Assembly: GCA_964363965.1 (NCBI GenBank)
Contig: CAYIKH010000003.1
Span: forward strand, 1 to 36,195
DNA: 36,195 nucleotides
Direction of reading: 5' to 3'
From: an uncultured Candidatus Saccharibacteria bacterium
GTDB lineage: Bacteria > Patescibacteriota > Minisyncoccia > Sungbacterales > SURF-37
Shown here in pieces: positions 19,969 through 28,480 of the stretch (positions are counted from its first letter, which is position 1; every line of letters begins with the position of its first letter). The notes beneath the pieces are model-generated. The model was not told where the DNA came from. It saw nothing but the letters and a program-made list of their open reading frames with translations, and did no database searches. Made by a program: the position numbers and the translations under genes.

Positions 19969-21354
19969 ATGGCTGAACCGTCCAAACACTCCTTCTCCGA
20001 ACTTTTCATCTGGATGGCATCGCGGGGCCAGTTTTGGAACATCATCATGCGGGGACTCTCGGCCGCGAGCTCCTTCTTTGTGCTTGCGGCGCTCTCGGTG
20101 TACCAGTTCGGGCTCTACCAGTTAATCCTCGCCGCGGTGGCCATTGCCGGCTCTTTTGCCTCCGGTTTTTTCGACGATATTATTTCGAACGAAATCGCGC
20201 GGGCTCTGGCCGAGGGGAAACCGGGCTGGGCCAAGCGCCTGTTCCTGCAGTTTTTTGCATCAAAAGCCCTACTGGCGTTTCTTGCGGCCGGAATTTTGTT
20301 CCTTGGTGCAGACCTGGTGGCTCGCTACTACGATCGGGATATGGCGGGTTTCATTCGCATTGCCAGCGCGCTCGCCCTCCTCGGGCCGCTCCGCGCGGCT
20401 GAATCGCTCTTCTTCAGCGCCACACGCTCCTTCGCCGCTTTCGGCGCCGGAGCCATCCAGGAGGTAGTGAGACTTTTAGCCCTTGCGGCCTTTTGGGTTT
20501 GGGGGGCGCTCGGGCTTGGCGAGGTCCTGGTCGCAAGCGTGATTGCCGCGCTCACAGTCCTCGGCTACACGAGTTTCTTTTTTTTCCGAGAGTACCGGCG
20601 CCGCTTCTGGGCGATCCCAGCCGAACCCGGAAAGCCGCTTTGGGGGCTCATCCGCGGTTACGGGCTATGGCTATCTTTGCGTTTCGGGATTACGCGCAGC
20701 CTCAAGGGGACTGACGTTTGGATCGTGCGCCTTTTTTTGAACACCGAAGCCGTGGCTTTCTACGCTTTGGTTATAAACCTTATCTCTTTTGTTCAGAGCA
20801 TGGCTCCTACCGCCATCCTCGGCACCCTCCTGCCGTGGGAGGTTAAAGATCGCCAGCGCCTCCAGCACATCTATCGGCGAATGATGAAGTACGGGTTCTT
20901 TTTTGGTATAGCGTTGGCGGTGGGAGCTTTTTTTGCAGTGCCGTTCGCCATTGAACTGTTCTTCCCCAAGTACCTTACGGCCATGCCCCTATTCCGACTT
21001 ATGCTTATTGCTATGCCGTTTTTTGTCGTCTACAAATTCCAAAAGATTTTTCTTATTGTTCTCCGTGAGCAGAAAATTCTTGCCTTGCGGCGCATGGGTG
21101 AAGAGTTGCTTACCCTTGGGGTTTTGGCGCTTTTTCTCCCGATTGTTGGGCTTTTTGCCGTGGTGGTCTCATTCCTGGTGGTCTATGCTAGCCGGGTGGC
21201 GCTTCTTACCCTTTATTTAAGTCGGCACTACCCCGAACTTCGATTAAAGCTCCGGCATATTTTTTCCTTTGACCGCGATGACCTTAAGGTGGGTCAGCAA
21301 ATCCTGCGGGAAGTGGTTCGGCCCCGGCGTTGGTTAGGATCGATCCAGCCTTGA
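19969..21354 (+). CDS. Oligosaccharide/polysaccharide flippase (Wzx-like, MOP superfamily)
   Basis: 461 aa with ~12-14 hydrophobic helices throughout. Its position in the glycan cluster is typical of Polysacc_synt-type flippases. Confidence 0.7.
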   Translation: MAEPSKHSFSELFIWMASRGQFWNIIMRGLSAASSFFVLAALSVYQFGLYQLILAAVAIAGSFASGFFDDIISNEIARALAEGKPGWAKRLFLQFFASKALLAFLAAGILFLGADLVARYYDRDMAGFIRIASALALLGPLRAAESLFFSATRSFAAFGAGAIQEVVRLLALAAFWVWGALGLGEVLVASVIAALTVLGYTSFFFFREYRRRFWAIPAEPGKPLWGLIRGYGLWLSLRFGITRSLKGTDVWIVRLFLNTEAVAFYALVINLISFVQSMAPTAILGTLLPWEVKDRQRLQHIYRRMMKYGFFFGIALAVGAFFAVPFAIELFFPKYLTAMPLFRLMLIAMPFFVVYKFQKIFLIVLREQKILALRRMGEELLTLGVLALFLPIVGLFAVVVSFLVVYASRVALLTLYLSRHYPELRLKLRHIFSFDRDDLKVGQQILREVVRPRRWLGSIQP

Positions 21355-21416
21355 TGTAAAACGCTCGCATTTCTTACAGTTAACAGATGAATTCTACTCA
21401 ATAAGTAAGGCAAGAC

Positions 21417-22508
21417 ATGCGGATTTGTTTTCTCAACCATGATCTCAAGCCCGGGAGCGGCGCCGGGCGCTTTGGTCTGAATTTTATCGGTCATCTTCGC
21501 TCAACCGATTCCGGCATCAAGTCCGTTGTCCTAACTTCCGAGGCCTCCAGCCATTCTTGGGAGCAGCCGTTGATCTCGCCCCGGCGTTTGAGACTCCTTC
21601 GCAATCTGCTAAAGATCAGGCGCATATTCCAGGACTCCGATATAATCCATGCGCTTGACGGTTGGCCGTACGGCGCGCTTGCGGCCATTGCTGCCGTTGG
21701 CACCGGCAAGCCATTGCTCATCACCGCCATCGGCACCGGAGCGATCAAGCCGCTTTACGACTGGCGCAGGCCGCTTTTGGCCTGGGCCTACCGCCGGGCC
21801 ACACGGTTGGTTGCTATTTCAAAAAACACCCGCGACGAAATTTTGCTGGTGCTGCCGGATTTGGAGATCGAGGTAATCAATCATGCCGTTGACGCTGATG
21901 AATTTGGCGGGGATCCGGACGCCGGTTTAAGCCGAGAGGAGCAAGAGAACATTGCCAAACTAAAGCCCTATATCCTTTCCGTGGGCAGCTGGAAGCGCCG
22001 CAAAGGTTTTGAGTATTCGTTTCCGGCATTCGCCGAGGTCAAAAAGCATTTTCCCAATCTCAATTATGTTGTCTGCGGCATTGGGCCTAAGCTCCAGCTA
22101 ACCGACCCTCTTAAAATCACCGGCTCGGTATTTTATTTTAAGGGCGTTCGCTGGCCGTTTTTGCGCTCGCTCTACCGTAATGCCGAGCTTTTTATACTTC
22201 TTCCCGTGGATGATAATAAAGACATTGAGGGATTTGGATTTGCATTTCTTGAAGCCGCGGCTGCGGGTCTTCCGGTCGTAGGCACGACTAATTCCAGCGT
22301 CGAGGATGCAGTGGAAAGCGGAAAAAACGGTCTGCTTGTTCCGCCGCGGGATTCTCCGCGGGCGGCCCAGGCCGCAATTCGGATCCTTGAGAATGTCGGC
22401 ATGCTTAAGGAATTCAGGAAAGGCTCGCTTGATTTTGCCAAACGTATGTCCTGGTCGATGGTAATCGATCGCTACCTATCGATATATCGCGATCTTCTTT
22501 CAAAGTGA
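21417..22508 (+). CDS. GT4 glycosyltransferase
   Basis: C-terminal IEGFGFAFLEAAAAGLPVVGT (E-X7-E) with an N-terminal GT-B Rossmann half. Confidence 0.85.
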   Translation: MRICFLNHDLKPGSGAGRFGLNFIGHLRSTDSGIKSVVLTSEASSHSWEQPLISPRRLRLLRNLLKIRRIFQDSDIIHALDGWPYGALAAIAAVGTGKPLLITAIGTGAIKPLYDWRRPLLAWAYRRATRLVAISKNTRDEILLVLPDLEIEVINHAVDADEFGGDPDAGLSREEQENIAKLKPYILSVGSWKRRKGFEYSFPAFAEVKKHFPNLNYVVCGIGPKLQLTDPLKITGSVFYFKGVRWPFLRSLYRNAELFILLPVDDNKDIEGFGFAFLEAAAAGLPVVGTTNSSVEDAVESGKNGLLVPPRDSPRAAQAAIRILENVGMLKEFRKGSLDFAKRMSWSMVIDRYLSIYRDLLSK

Positions 22509-22548
22509 CGGTGCGGCAATTCTAGCATAAACTTATGACGGTCTTATG

Positions 22549-22557
22549 TGGTATAAC
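22549..22557 (+). promoter_or_regulatory. Candidate extended -10 promoter element (TGGTATAAC)
   Basis: TG-N-TATAAC lies 18 nt upstream of the ATG at 22575. The same TGGTAT core is seen at 1214 and at 11356. Confidence 0.3.
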
Positions 22558-22574
22558 TTCATATATAAACATCT

Positions 22575-23867
22575 ATGATTCATGACATATGCATCATTGG
22601 CGGGGCCGGGCATGTCGGACTGCCGCTAGGCGTGGCTTTTGCCAACCAAAGAGTACGGACTGTCCTTTTTGATCGGAACCGGGAGGCTCTTACTAAGATC
22701 CGTTCAGGCGTTTTCCCCTTCAAAGAGAAAAATGGCGAGGCCGAACTCCGGCGTGCCCTCCGGAAAGGGACGCTCGCCACCTCTGAGTCGCCGTCGGTCA
22801 TTGCCAAGAGCGATTTTGTGCTTTTGGTGGTAGGCACGCCGGTGGATGAGTATCTAAACCCGGATATCCACGGCATTGCCCGCACCATCGAGAGTTATTT
22901 CCCATATTTTCGGAACGGGCAAATTTTAATTTTGCGGAGCACGGTCTATCCCGGCACAGCGGAGCGGATTCAAAAATACTTTCAGGAGAATAAAAAACGC
23001 GTCCAGGTCGCCTTTTGCCCGGAGCGCATTGCTCAGGGTCGGGCCCTCGAGGAGATTAGGAAGCTGCCGCAGATTGTATCCGCTTTTGACCCCAAGGCTT
23101 TAGCCCGAGTGGCCGCGCTATTTAAGAAAGTGACGACAAGTGAGATCATTATTGCCAAACCCATGGAAGCGGAACTGGCCAAGCTTTTTTCCAATGCCTG
23201 GCGCTACATTAAATTCGCCGTGGCCAACCAGTTCTACATGATCGCCGCAGATCATCATCTCAATTACCATAAGATCTATGAGGCGATGATGGAGGGTTAC
23301 CCCCGCAATAAAGATCTGCCTCCTCCTGGGTTTGCCGCCGGACCTTGTCTCTTAAAAGACACCATGCAGCTTTCGGCATTCCACTCCAATAACTTTTTCC
23401 TTGGGCACGCAGCCATGCTTGTAAACGAGGGCTTGCCAAACTTCGTAATCAAAAAGTTGAAGCGTTCCTCACCGCCTGGGCCGTCAATACCAGTTAAGCT
23501 GCCCAAGCCAATGGCCCGTTTGGCCAGCGCAAATACTCTGGAAACACTCCTGCATGGAGCGCTCGGCGGGTATGATCTTAAGGCCAAGACCATAGGCATC
23601 TTAGGCATGGCTTTTAAGGCTGATTCCGATGATCCCCGTGATTCTCTATCCTACAAATTGAAAAAAATCGCCGAGGCCGAAGCCAAGGCCGTGCTCTGCC
23701 ATGATGTCCATATTAAGGATCCCTCGTTCGCGCCGCTTGAAACCGTGCTCCGAGAATCGGACATCGTCATTCTGGCCGCGCCGCACAGGGAATATCGCAA
23801 AATTGATCCGCGAAGGTTTCCGCAGAAACACTTTGTTGATATTTGGAATCTTTGGCCACGAAAATGA
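22575..23867 (+). CDS. Nucleotide-sugar dehydrogenase (UDP-glucose/GDP-mannose dehydrogenase family)
   Basis: N-terminal IGGAGHVGLPLGVAFA Rossmann motif. Catalytic Cys context GFAAGPCLLKDT. C-terminal GMAFKADSDDPRDS motif. Confidence 0.85.
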   Translation: MIHDICIIGGAGHVGLPLGVAFANQRVRTVLFDRNREALTKIRSGVFPFKEKNGEAELRRALRKGTLATSESPSVIAKSDFVLLVVGTPVDEYLNPDIHGIARTIESYFPYFRNGQILILRSTVYPGTAERIQKYFQENKKRVQVAFCPERIAQGRALEEIRKLPQIVSAFDPKALARVAALFKKVTTSEIIIAKPMEAELAKLFSNAWRYIKFAVANQFYMIAADHHLNYHKIYEAMMEGYPRNKDLPPPGFAAGPCLLKDTMQLSAFHSNNFFLGHAAMLVNEGLPNFVIKKLKRSSPPGPSIPVKLPKPMARLASANTLETLLHGALGGYDLKAKTIGILGMAFKADSDDPRDSLSYKLKKIAEAEAKAVLCHDVHIKDPSFAPLETVLRESDIVILAAPHREYRKIDPRRFPQKHFVDIWNLWPRK

Positions 23868-24859
23868 AGATTTTAATCACCGGCGCGGCCGGGTTCATTG
23901 GCTATCATCTGGCGCGCCATCTTCTTCATGATCCTAAAGTTGAGCTTGTATTTGTTGATAGCCTCCAACGTAGCAGGATGGATGAAGAGTTTTCGGCGTT
24001 GGTCAAAGAGCCGCAGGTAAGATTTCTCAACTTTGATCTTACCGATCCTGCGGTTTACTCCCAGCTTGGCCGTGGGTACGATCACGTCTATCACCTCGCG
24101 GCCATCAACGGCACCAAGCTCTTTTACGAGATGCCGCAGGAGGTGCTGCGCATAAACACTTTGTCGCTTATCTATATGCTGGAGTGGTTCAAGCGTGAGA
24201 ACCGCCAGGGTAAGTTTTGCTTCACATCCTCTAACGAGGCCTATGCCGGAGCGCTTGCGGCCTTTGGTAAGCTCCCGATTCCGACGCCGGAAAACGTGCC
24301 GCTCGTTATCGAGGATCCTTATAACGCGCGCTGGTCCTATGCCGCATCAAAGCTGGTGGGCGAGCTATTCGTGGTTCATTACGCGGCCAAGCATAATTTC
24401 CGCGCCCTGATTGTCCGGCCGCATAACTTCTACGGCCCACGCGCCGGCTATGACCACGTGATCCCCGAGTTTTCGTTTCGCATTTCAAAGCGCATCGACC
24501 CTTTCCCTATCTGCGGTGCAGATGACACTAGAACCTTTTGCTACATCGGGGATGCTGTGCTGGCAATGCAGTTGTTAATGGATTCGTCTGCGACTGACGG
24601 CCAGCCGATCGAAACCGTTCACATCGGCGATGTCGAGGAGATCACCATGGTTGATCTGGCCGAGAAACTTTTTGCCATTGCCGTCTGGCGGCCGCAGGAG
24701 CTTGACATTAAAAATTCACCCGAAGGAAGCGTGAAGCGGCGGAAGGCCGACATTACTAAGATACAAACTCTTGTCGGCTGGAAGCCAGAAGTCCCGCTTG
24801 AGGGTGGACTAAGGCAGACTTATGAGTGGTATCTGGCTCATCCTAGAGTAGAAATATGA
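23864..24859 (+). CDS. NAD-dependent sugar epimerase/dehydratase (extended SDR)
   Basis: MKILITGAAGFIGYHL (GxxGxxG) and YAASK (YxxxK). The ATG at 23864 overlaps the upstream TGA (ATGA). Confidence 0.85.
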   Translation: MKILITGAAGFIGYHLARHLLHDPKVELVFVDSLQRSRMDEEFSALVKEPQVRFLNFDLTDPAVYSQLGRGYDHVYHLAAINGTKLFYEMPQEVLRINTLSLIYMLEWFKRENRQGKFCFTSSNEAYAGALAAFGKLPIPTPENVPLVIEDPYNARWSYAASKLVGELFVVHYAAKHNFRALIVRPHNFYGPRAGYDHVIPEFSFRISKRIDPFPICGADDTRTFCYIGDAVLAMQLLMDSSATDGQPIETVHIGDVEEITMVDLAEKLFAIAVWRPQELDIKNSPEGSVKRRKADITKIQTLVGWKPEVPLEGGLRQTYEWYLAHPRVEI

Positions 24860-26049
24860 AAGTCTCGATTGGCGCACCAATTTACGATAAACGAGAGATA
24901 CAAGCAGTCTTGAGGGCACTTCGCGAAAAAAGACTGTCGCAGGGAAAGTATGTTAAGGCTTTTGAGCGGGCTTGGGTGAGGTACATTGGTTGTCGTTTTA
25001 GCATTGGCGTAAATTCAGGATCTTCAGCCAATCTCGTGGCTATTCAGGCCATGAAAGAACGTTACGGCTGGAAAGTTGGGGATACGGTCATTGCCCCGGC
25101 TCTTACCTTTGCCACGGCGGTCATGCCAGTTTTACAGGCCGGATTAAGGCCTCTTTTTGCTGATGTGGATTATCGCGGCAATATGACCGCCAAAAGCGTT
25201 TTGGCTGCTTTTAGGAAACATCGAGGTCCTAAAGTGCGGGGCTTGGTACTGGTTCATTCCCTGGGCGTGCCCTGCCTGGATGCTCCAAAAATCCAAAAGT
25301 TTTGCCGTGAAAAAGGCATTAGGATTTTGGAGGATTGTTGTGAATCGCATGGCGCCAAGGTTCAGGGGAAGATGGTCGGCTCTTTCGGCGATGTTTCCAC
25401 CACCTCGTTTTATGTTGCCCATAACATGACCACTGGCGAGGGCGGTATGATCACAACTGATGACCCGAAACTTGATGAAATTTGCCGATCGCTTCGCGAA
25501 TTTGGTCGGCGCATTGATCCGAAAAGCCCGCGCTATGTTCGTTTGGCTTCCGGACCCTCATACGACATCCGTTACGCCTTTGATCGCCTTGGATACAATG
25601 TTCGCATGACTGATATTGCGGCCAGCCTCGGTTTAGTTCAATTATCGAAACTTGAAAAGATGAATGCCAAGCGCAGGCAGATTGCTGGTTGGTACAAAAA
25701 AGGCTTTTTAAATCTTATCTCTCAACGCCTGATTTCCTTGCCTGATGAGCCGGCTGGCACCAAAAACACTTACTACACTCTGCTCATCACTTTTTTGAAA
25801 ATGCCGCCTCGTTTGCCGAGCATCGAAAAGATAGCTCTAAGATTGGAGAAGGCCGGCATAGAGACAAGACCTTTTATGGCTGGAAATCTATTGCGTCAGC
25901 GCGCTTTTAGCCGATGGGGTAAGCCGCAGTTATATCCAATGGCCGAATTTTTGCACCGGAGAAGCCTTTCTGTCGGATGTCATCCGCTGGTCACCGAGGC
26001 CGGCGTGAGTTATGTATGCGAGAATATCAATCGGCTTTACGCCATATGA
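24856..26049 (+). CDS. DegT/DnrJ/EryC1-family PLP/PMP enzyme of the ColD/E1 3-dehydratase subtype
   Basis: NSGSSANL motif. The Schiff-base Lys position reads His (SFYVAHNMTTGEGG; His189, codon 25420-25422). ATGA overlap with the upstream gene. Confidence 0.8.
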   Translation: MKVSIGAPIYDKREIQAVLRALREKRLSQGKYVKAFERAWVRYIGCRFSIGVNSGSSANLVAIQAMKERYGWKVGDTVIAPALTFATAVMPVLQAGLRPLFADVDYRGNMTAKSVLAAFRKHRGPKVRGLVLVHSLGVPCLDAPKIQKFCREKGIRILEDCCESHGAKVQGKMVGSFGDVSTTSFYVAHNMTTGEGGMITTDDPKLDEICRSLREFGRRIDPKSPRYVRLASGPSYDIRYAFDRLGYNVRMTDIAASLGLVQLSKLEKMNAKRRQIAGWYKKGFLNLISQRLISLPDEPAGTKNTYYTLLITFLKMPPRLPSIEKIALRLEKAGIETRPFMAGNLLRQRAFSRWGKPQLYPMAEFLHRRSLSVGCHPLVTEAGVSYVCENINRLYAI

Positions 26050-26197
26050 CCCCGCACTCATCTTGCGAGGAAGATTCTGGCAACCCGCTTCACCCATGAA
26101 GGGATGCGGCTATTCGCCGCACGCGGGTTGCGACACTTTTTCGTATTTTTATCCGGCCAGCATTTTCTCCTATTTCGTGGCAAAATGAGTGCGGGGT
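26049..26197. repeat. 149-nt intergenic element bounded by 13-bp perfect inverted repeats
   Basis: accccgcactcat (26049-26061) / atgagtgcggggt (26185-26197). The interior carries a further 9-bp stem plus sub-hairpins. Confidence 0.6.
26080..26150 (+). terminator. Possible branched intrinsic terminator
   Basis: gcaacccgc (26080-26088) / gcgggttgc (26123-26131) with an inner gcggc/gccgc stem, followed after 5 nt by ttttt cg ta ttttt. The spacing to the T-run is not ideal. Confidence 0.3.
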
Positions 26198-26238
26198 TCT
26201 ATAATTTATAGCTGTTCGCTTTGGCTCGCAGATAAATT

Positions 26239-27504
26239 ATGAAAATCGCCATGATTATCCGCCGTCTGGATTTGAAGGGCGGATCGCAGCGGCTCTTCCT
26301 CTATATCGCCAATCAGTACCGGCGGCGGGGGCATAAGGTCAAAATCTACGCCTTTTTTTATTCCAAGGAGAACTGCTTCCCCGACCTTCTTGAAGGATTT
26401 GAGGTTGTGGCGCTCGATCAGAAGTTTGCGGCTGATCCGGAATTTGAGACCCTGCGTAAAATTCCAATCCTCCGGTATTTGGCAACGCTTTTGACCACGT
26501 GGCACGAGACGGAAACCGCAAAAGCCCTCGCGAATCTCATGGCGCCGGATGCCGATATCTTAAATCCGCATGAACGCGTCGCGCATCGCACCGCCTACTT
26601 TTACCGAAAATATATGAGGGATGTGCCTTCGGTCTGGAACACGAATGACACGCATTCAATGCGCCATCTCGTAGACAAGCTTGCGGCAGTTGATCCAGCT
26701 CACTACGCCCAACCCTGGTGGAAGATGCTTATCTACCTCCTCCGCGATTGGTACGAGAACTGGCGTTACATTTCTAGCCAGGAGGCAATTGTGGTCGTGG
26801 ATAAATTCAACCAGCGCGCAACGCGAGATTACTTCGGCCGGCACGCCTTTGTGAATCGCAACGGGCCGATCTTGAGTCAATTTATCTATAAACCTCGGCA
26901 GGCCCCTTCAAAACGCGTCCAGCTTCTGACAAGCGGCATCTTTTTTCCGCACCGCCGTTTTGAGGATGCCATACGCGCCACAAAGTTGCTCGCCGATCAT
27001 GGCTATGTTCCTACGCTTCGCATCATTGGCGATCCGGCCGGAGATCCGGAGTATGCCAGCCGGCTCTACAAACTCGTTGACGGGATGAATGTTAAAAAGA
27101 GCGTTGTTTTTCTCGGAAAAATTAGCGAAGAGGAACTGATCCGGCGCTACCATGAAGCCGACATTTTTCTCTACCCGCACACCATGCAGTCAAACGGCCT
27201 GGCCCCAACCGAGGCCATGGCCTGCGGTTTGCCTCCGGTTGTTTCCCGCGGAGCAGGGATTCACGAGATTATTACCGACCTGGAGACCGGCCTTCTTGTT
27301 GACCCCATGAAACCGGAAGCTATTACCCGCGCCATAAAGGAGCTCGTTGAGAACCCAGGCCTTTATATCAAAATCAGCCGGCAGGCGGCTGACTTTGTGC
27401 GCAATACCTTTACTTGGGAGCGCTACGGCGAACGACAGCTCGCCATCCTCGAGCATGTGCTCCGCGGCACACCGATCCCGAATGTTCCGGATCGGCGCGA
27501 ATAG
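26239..27504 (+). CDS. GT4 glycosyltransferase
   Basis: MKIAMIIRRLDLKGGSQR N-terminus. C-terminal QSNGLAPTEAMACGLPPVVS (Q-X7-E variant). Confidence 0.85.
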   Translation: MKIAMIIRRLDLKGGSQRLFLYIANQYRRRGHKVKIYAFFYSKENCFPDLLEGFEVVALDQKFAADPEFETLRKIPILRYLATLLTTWHETETAKALANLMAPDADILNPHERVAHRTAYFYRKYMRDVPSVWNTNDTHSMRHLVDKLAAVDPAHYAQPWWKMLIYLLRDWYENWRYISSQEAIVVVDKFNQRATRDYFGRHAFVNRNGPILSQFIYKPRQAPSKRVQLLTSGIFFPHRRFEDAIRATKLLADHGYVPTLRIIGDPAGDPEYASRLYKLVDGMNVKKSVVFLGKISEEELIRRYHEADIFLYPHTMQSNGLAPTEAMACGLPPVVSRGAGIHEIITDLETGLLVDPMKPEAITRAIKELVENPGLYIKISRQAADFVRNTFTWERYGERQLAILEHVLRGTPIPNVPDRRE

Positions 27505-28404
27505 CTAGGCCGTCGGGTAGCGCTGACGGAGGTATTCTCTCATCGCCTCCCGCCAATATCGCAGTTTGGGCAGCTGGGTATTTAGGAGTACATTTGATGG
27601 CGCGCGGGGAATTTTGAAAAAGTCCTTGCGCGAGACGAGTTTCAAACGAGAGGCATCCGGCTTGATGCCAAAATGCGAGCTAATTTCTTCGACGACGTCA
27701 ATCGCCGTCGCTTCTCCGGGCTTAACTTCGTTTGCGATATGGTAGGTCCCGCTCGGCGACGATGATGTTATAAGCTCGAAGAGCCCGGCAGCGAAATCTT
27801 TTGTCCAAGTCGGAGAACTCCAGCGATCATGCACAGCCACGATCTCTCCTCCGGCGCGGATTTTCTCCGTGAATTCATCAATGATCGTCGGCCGAGCTTC
27901 GCCGTAGAGCACACTTGCGCGTACGATATACCACCGGCCAAGGAGTTCGCGGCTTTGCGCCGCAACCGCCTTGATCAGATCCTCGGCCTCTTTTTTCGAT
28001 TGCTCATAGACGTTGTTGGGACGGCGTAGGTCCTCCTCCGCGTAGCCGTTGATTTTATATTCGCCCTCCTCCCAGCCGCCGAAGACCACAGAGGAGCTGA
28101 TTTGAACAAAGGTCGGCGGTATGGGGAGTGTTGCGGCGGCCTCGGCCAGGACCAGAGCGCCGTCGCGATTCACGGCAAAGGCGCGCTCGGGATCGGCTTG
28201 GCATCGCTCGACCGGTACGATGGCCGCGCAGTTGATAAGTACGTCGGGTCTGATACGTTTAAGCAGCGGAGCCGCAATCTCCGCTTTTGTAACATCAAGG
28301 TCTTGATGGGTGAGCGGTATTACCGCCCAGCCGGCTATGTCTTTAAAGTAGCGGGTTAGTTCCTGACCAAGAAGTCCGTATGCGCCGGTAATTATCATTT
28401 TCAT
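27505..28404 (-). CDS. dTDP-4-dehydrorhamnose reductase-like (RmlD family) NDP-sugar 4-ketoreductase
   Basis: MKMIITGAYGLLGQEL, DVLINCAA, and YEQSK (YxxxK). The ~300-aa length is typical of RmlD-type reductases. Confidence 0.8.
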   Translation of the reverse strand: MKMIITGAYGLLGQELTRYFKDIAGWAVIPLTHQDLDVTKAEIAAPLLKRIRPDVLINCAAIVPVERCQADPERAFAVNRDGALVLAEAAATLPIPPTFVQISSSVVFGGWEEGEYKINGYAEEDLRRPNNVYEQSKKEAEDLIKAVAAQSRELLGRWYIVRASVLYGEARPTIIDEFTEKIRAGGEIVAVHDRWSSPTWTKDFAAGLFELITSSSPSGTYHIANEVKPGEATAIDVVEEISSHFGIKPDASRLKLVSRKDFFKIPRAPSNVLLNTQLPKLRYWREAMREYLRQRYPTA

Positions 28405-28409
28405 ATTTG

Positions 28410-28433
28410 AGCTGTTTTAAAATTGAAACAGCT
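28410..28433. promoter_or_regulatory. Palindrome in the divergent promoter region (operator-like)
   Basis: agctgttt (28410-28417) - 8 nt - aaacagct (28426-28433), 6 nt from the minus-strand start codon and ~50 nt from the plus-strand start. Confidence 0.3.
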
Positions 28434-28480
28434 GGATCAGGGGAATCGTATTATATATTGGGGTTTTTGACCAGTTTAGA

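Noticed and set aside
26096-26188. 30-aa ORF MKGCGYSPHAGCDTFSYFYPASIFSYFVAK as a peptide (RiPP-like) gene
   Set aside because: It has no SD and no adjacent maturation genes, and it lies within a region better explained as structured RNA or an inverted-repeat element. It is mentioned only as an alternative in the corresponding finding.
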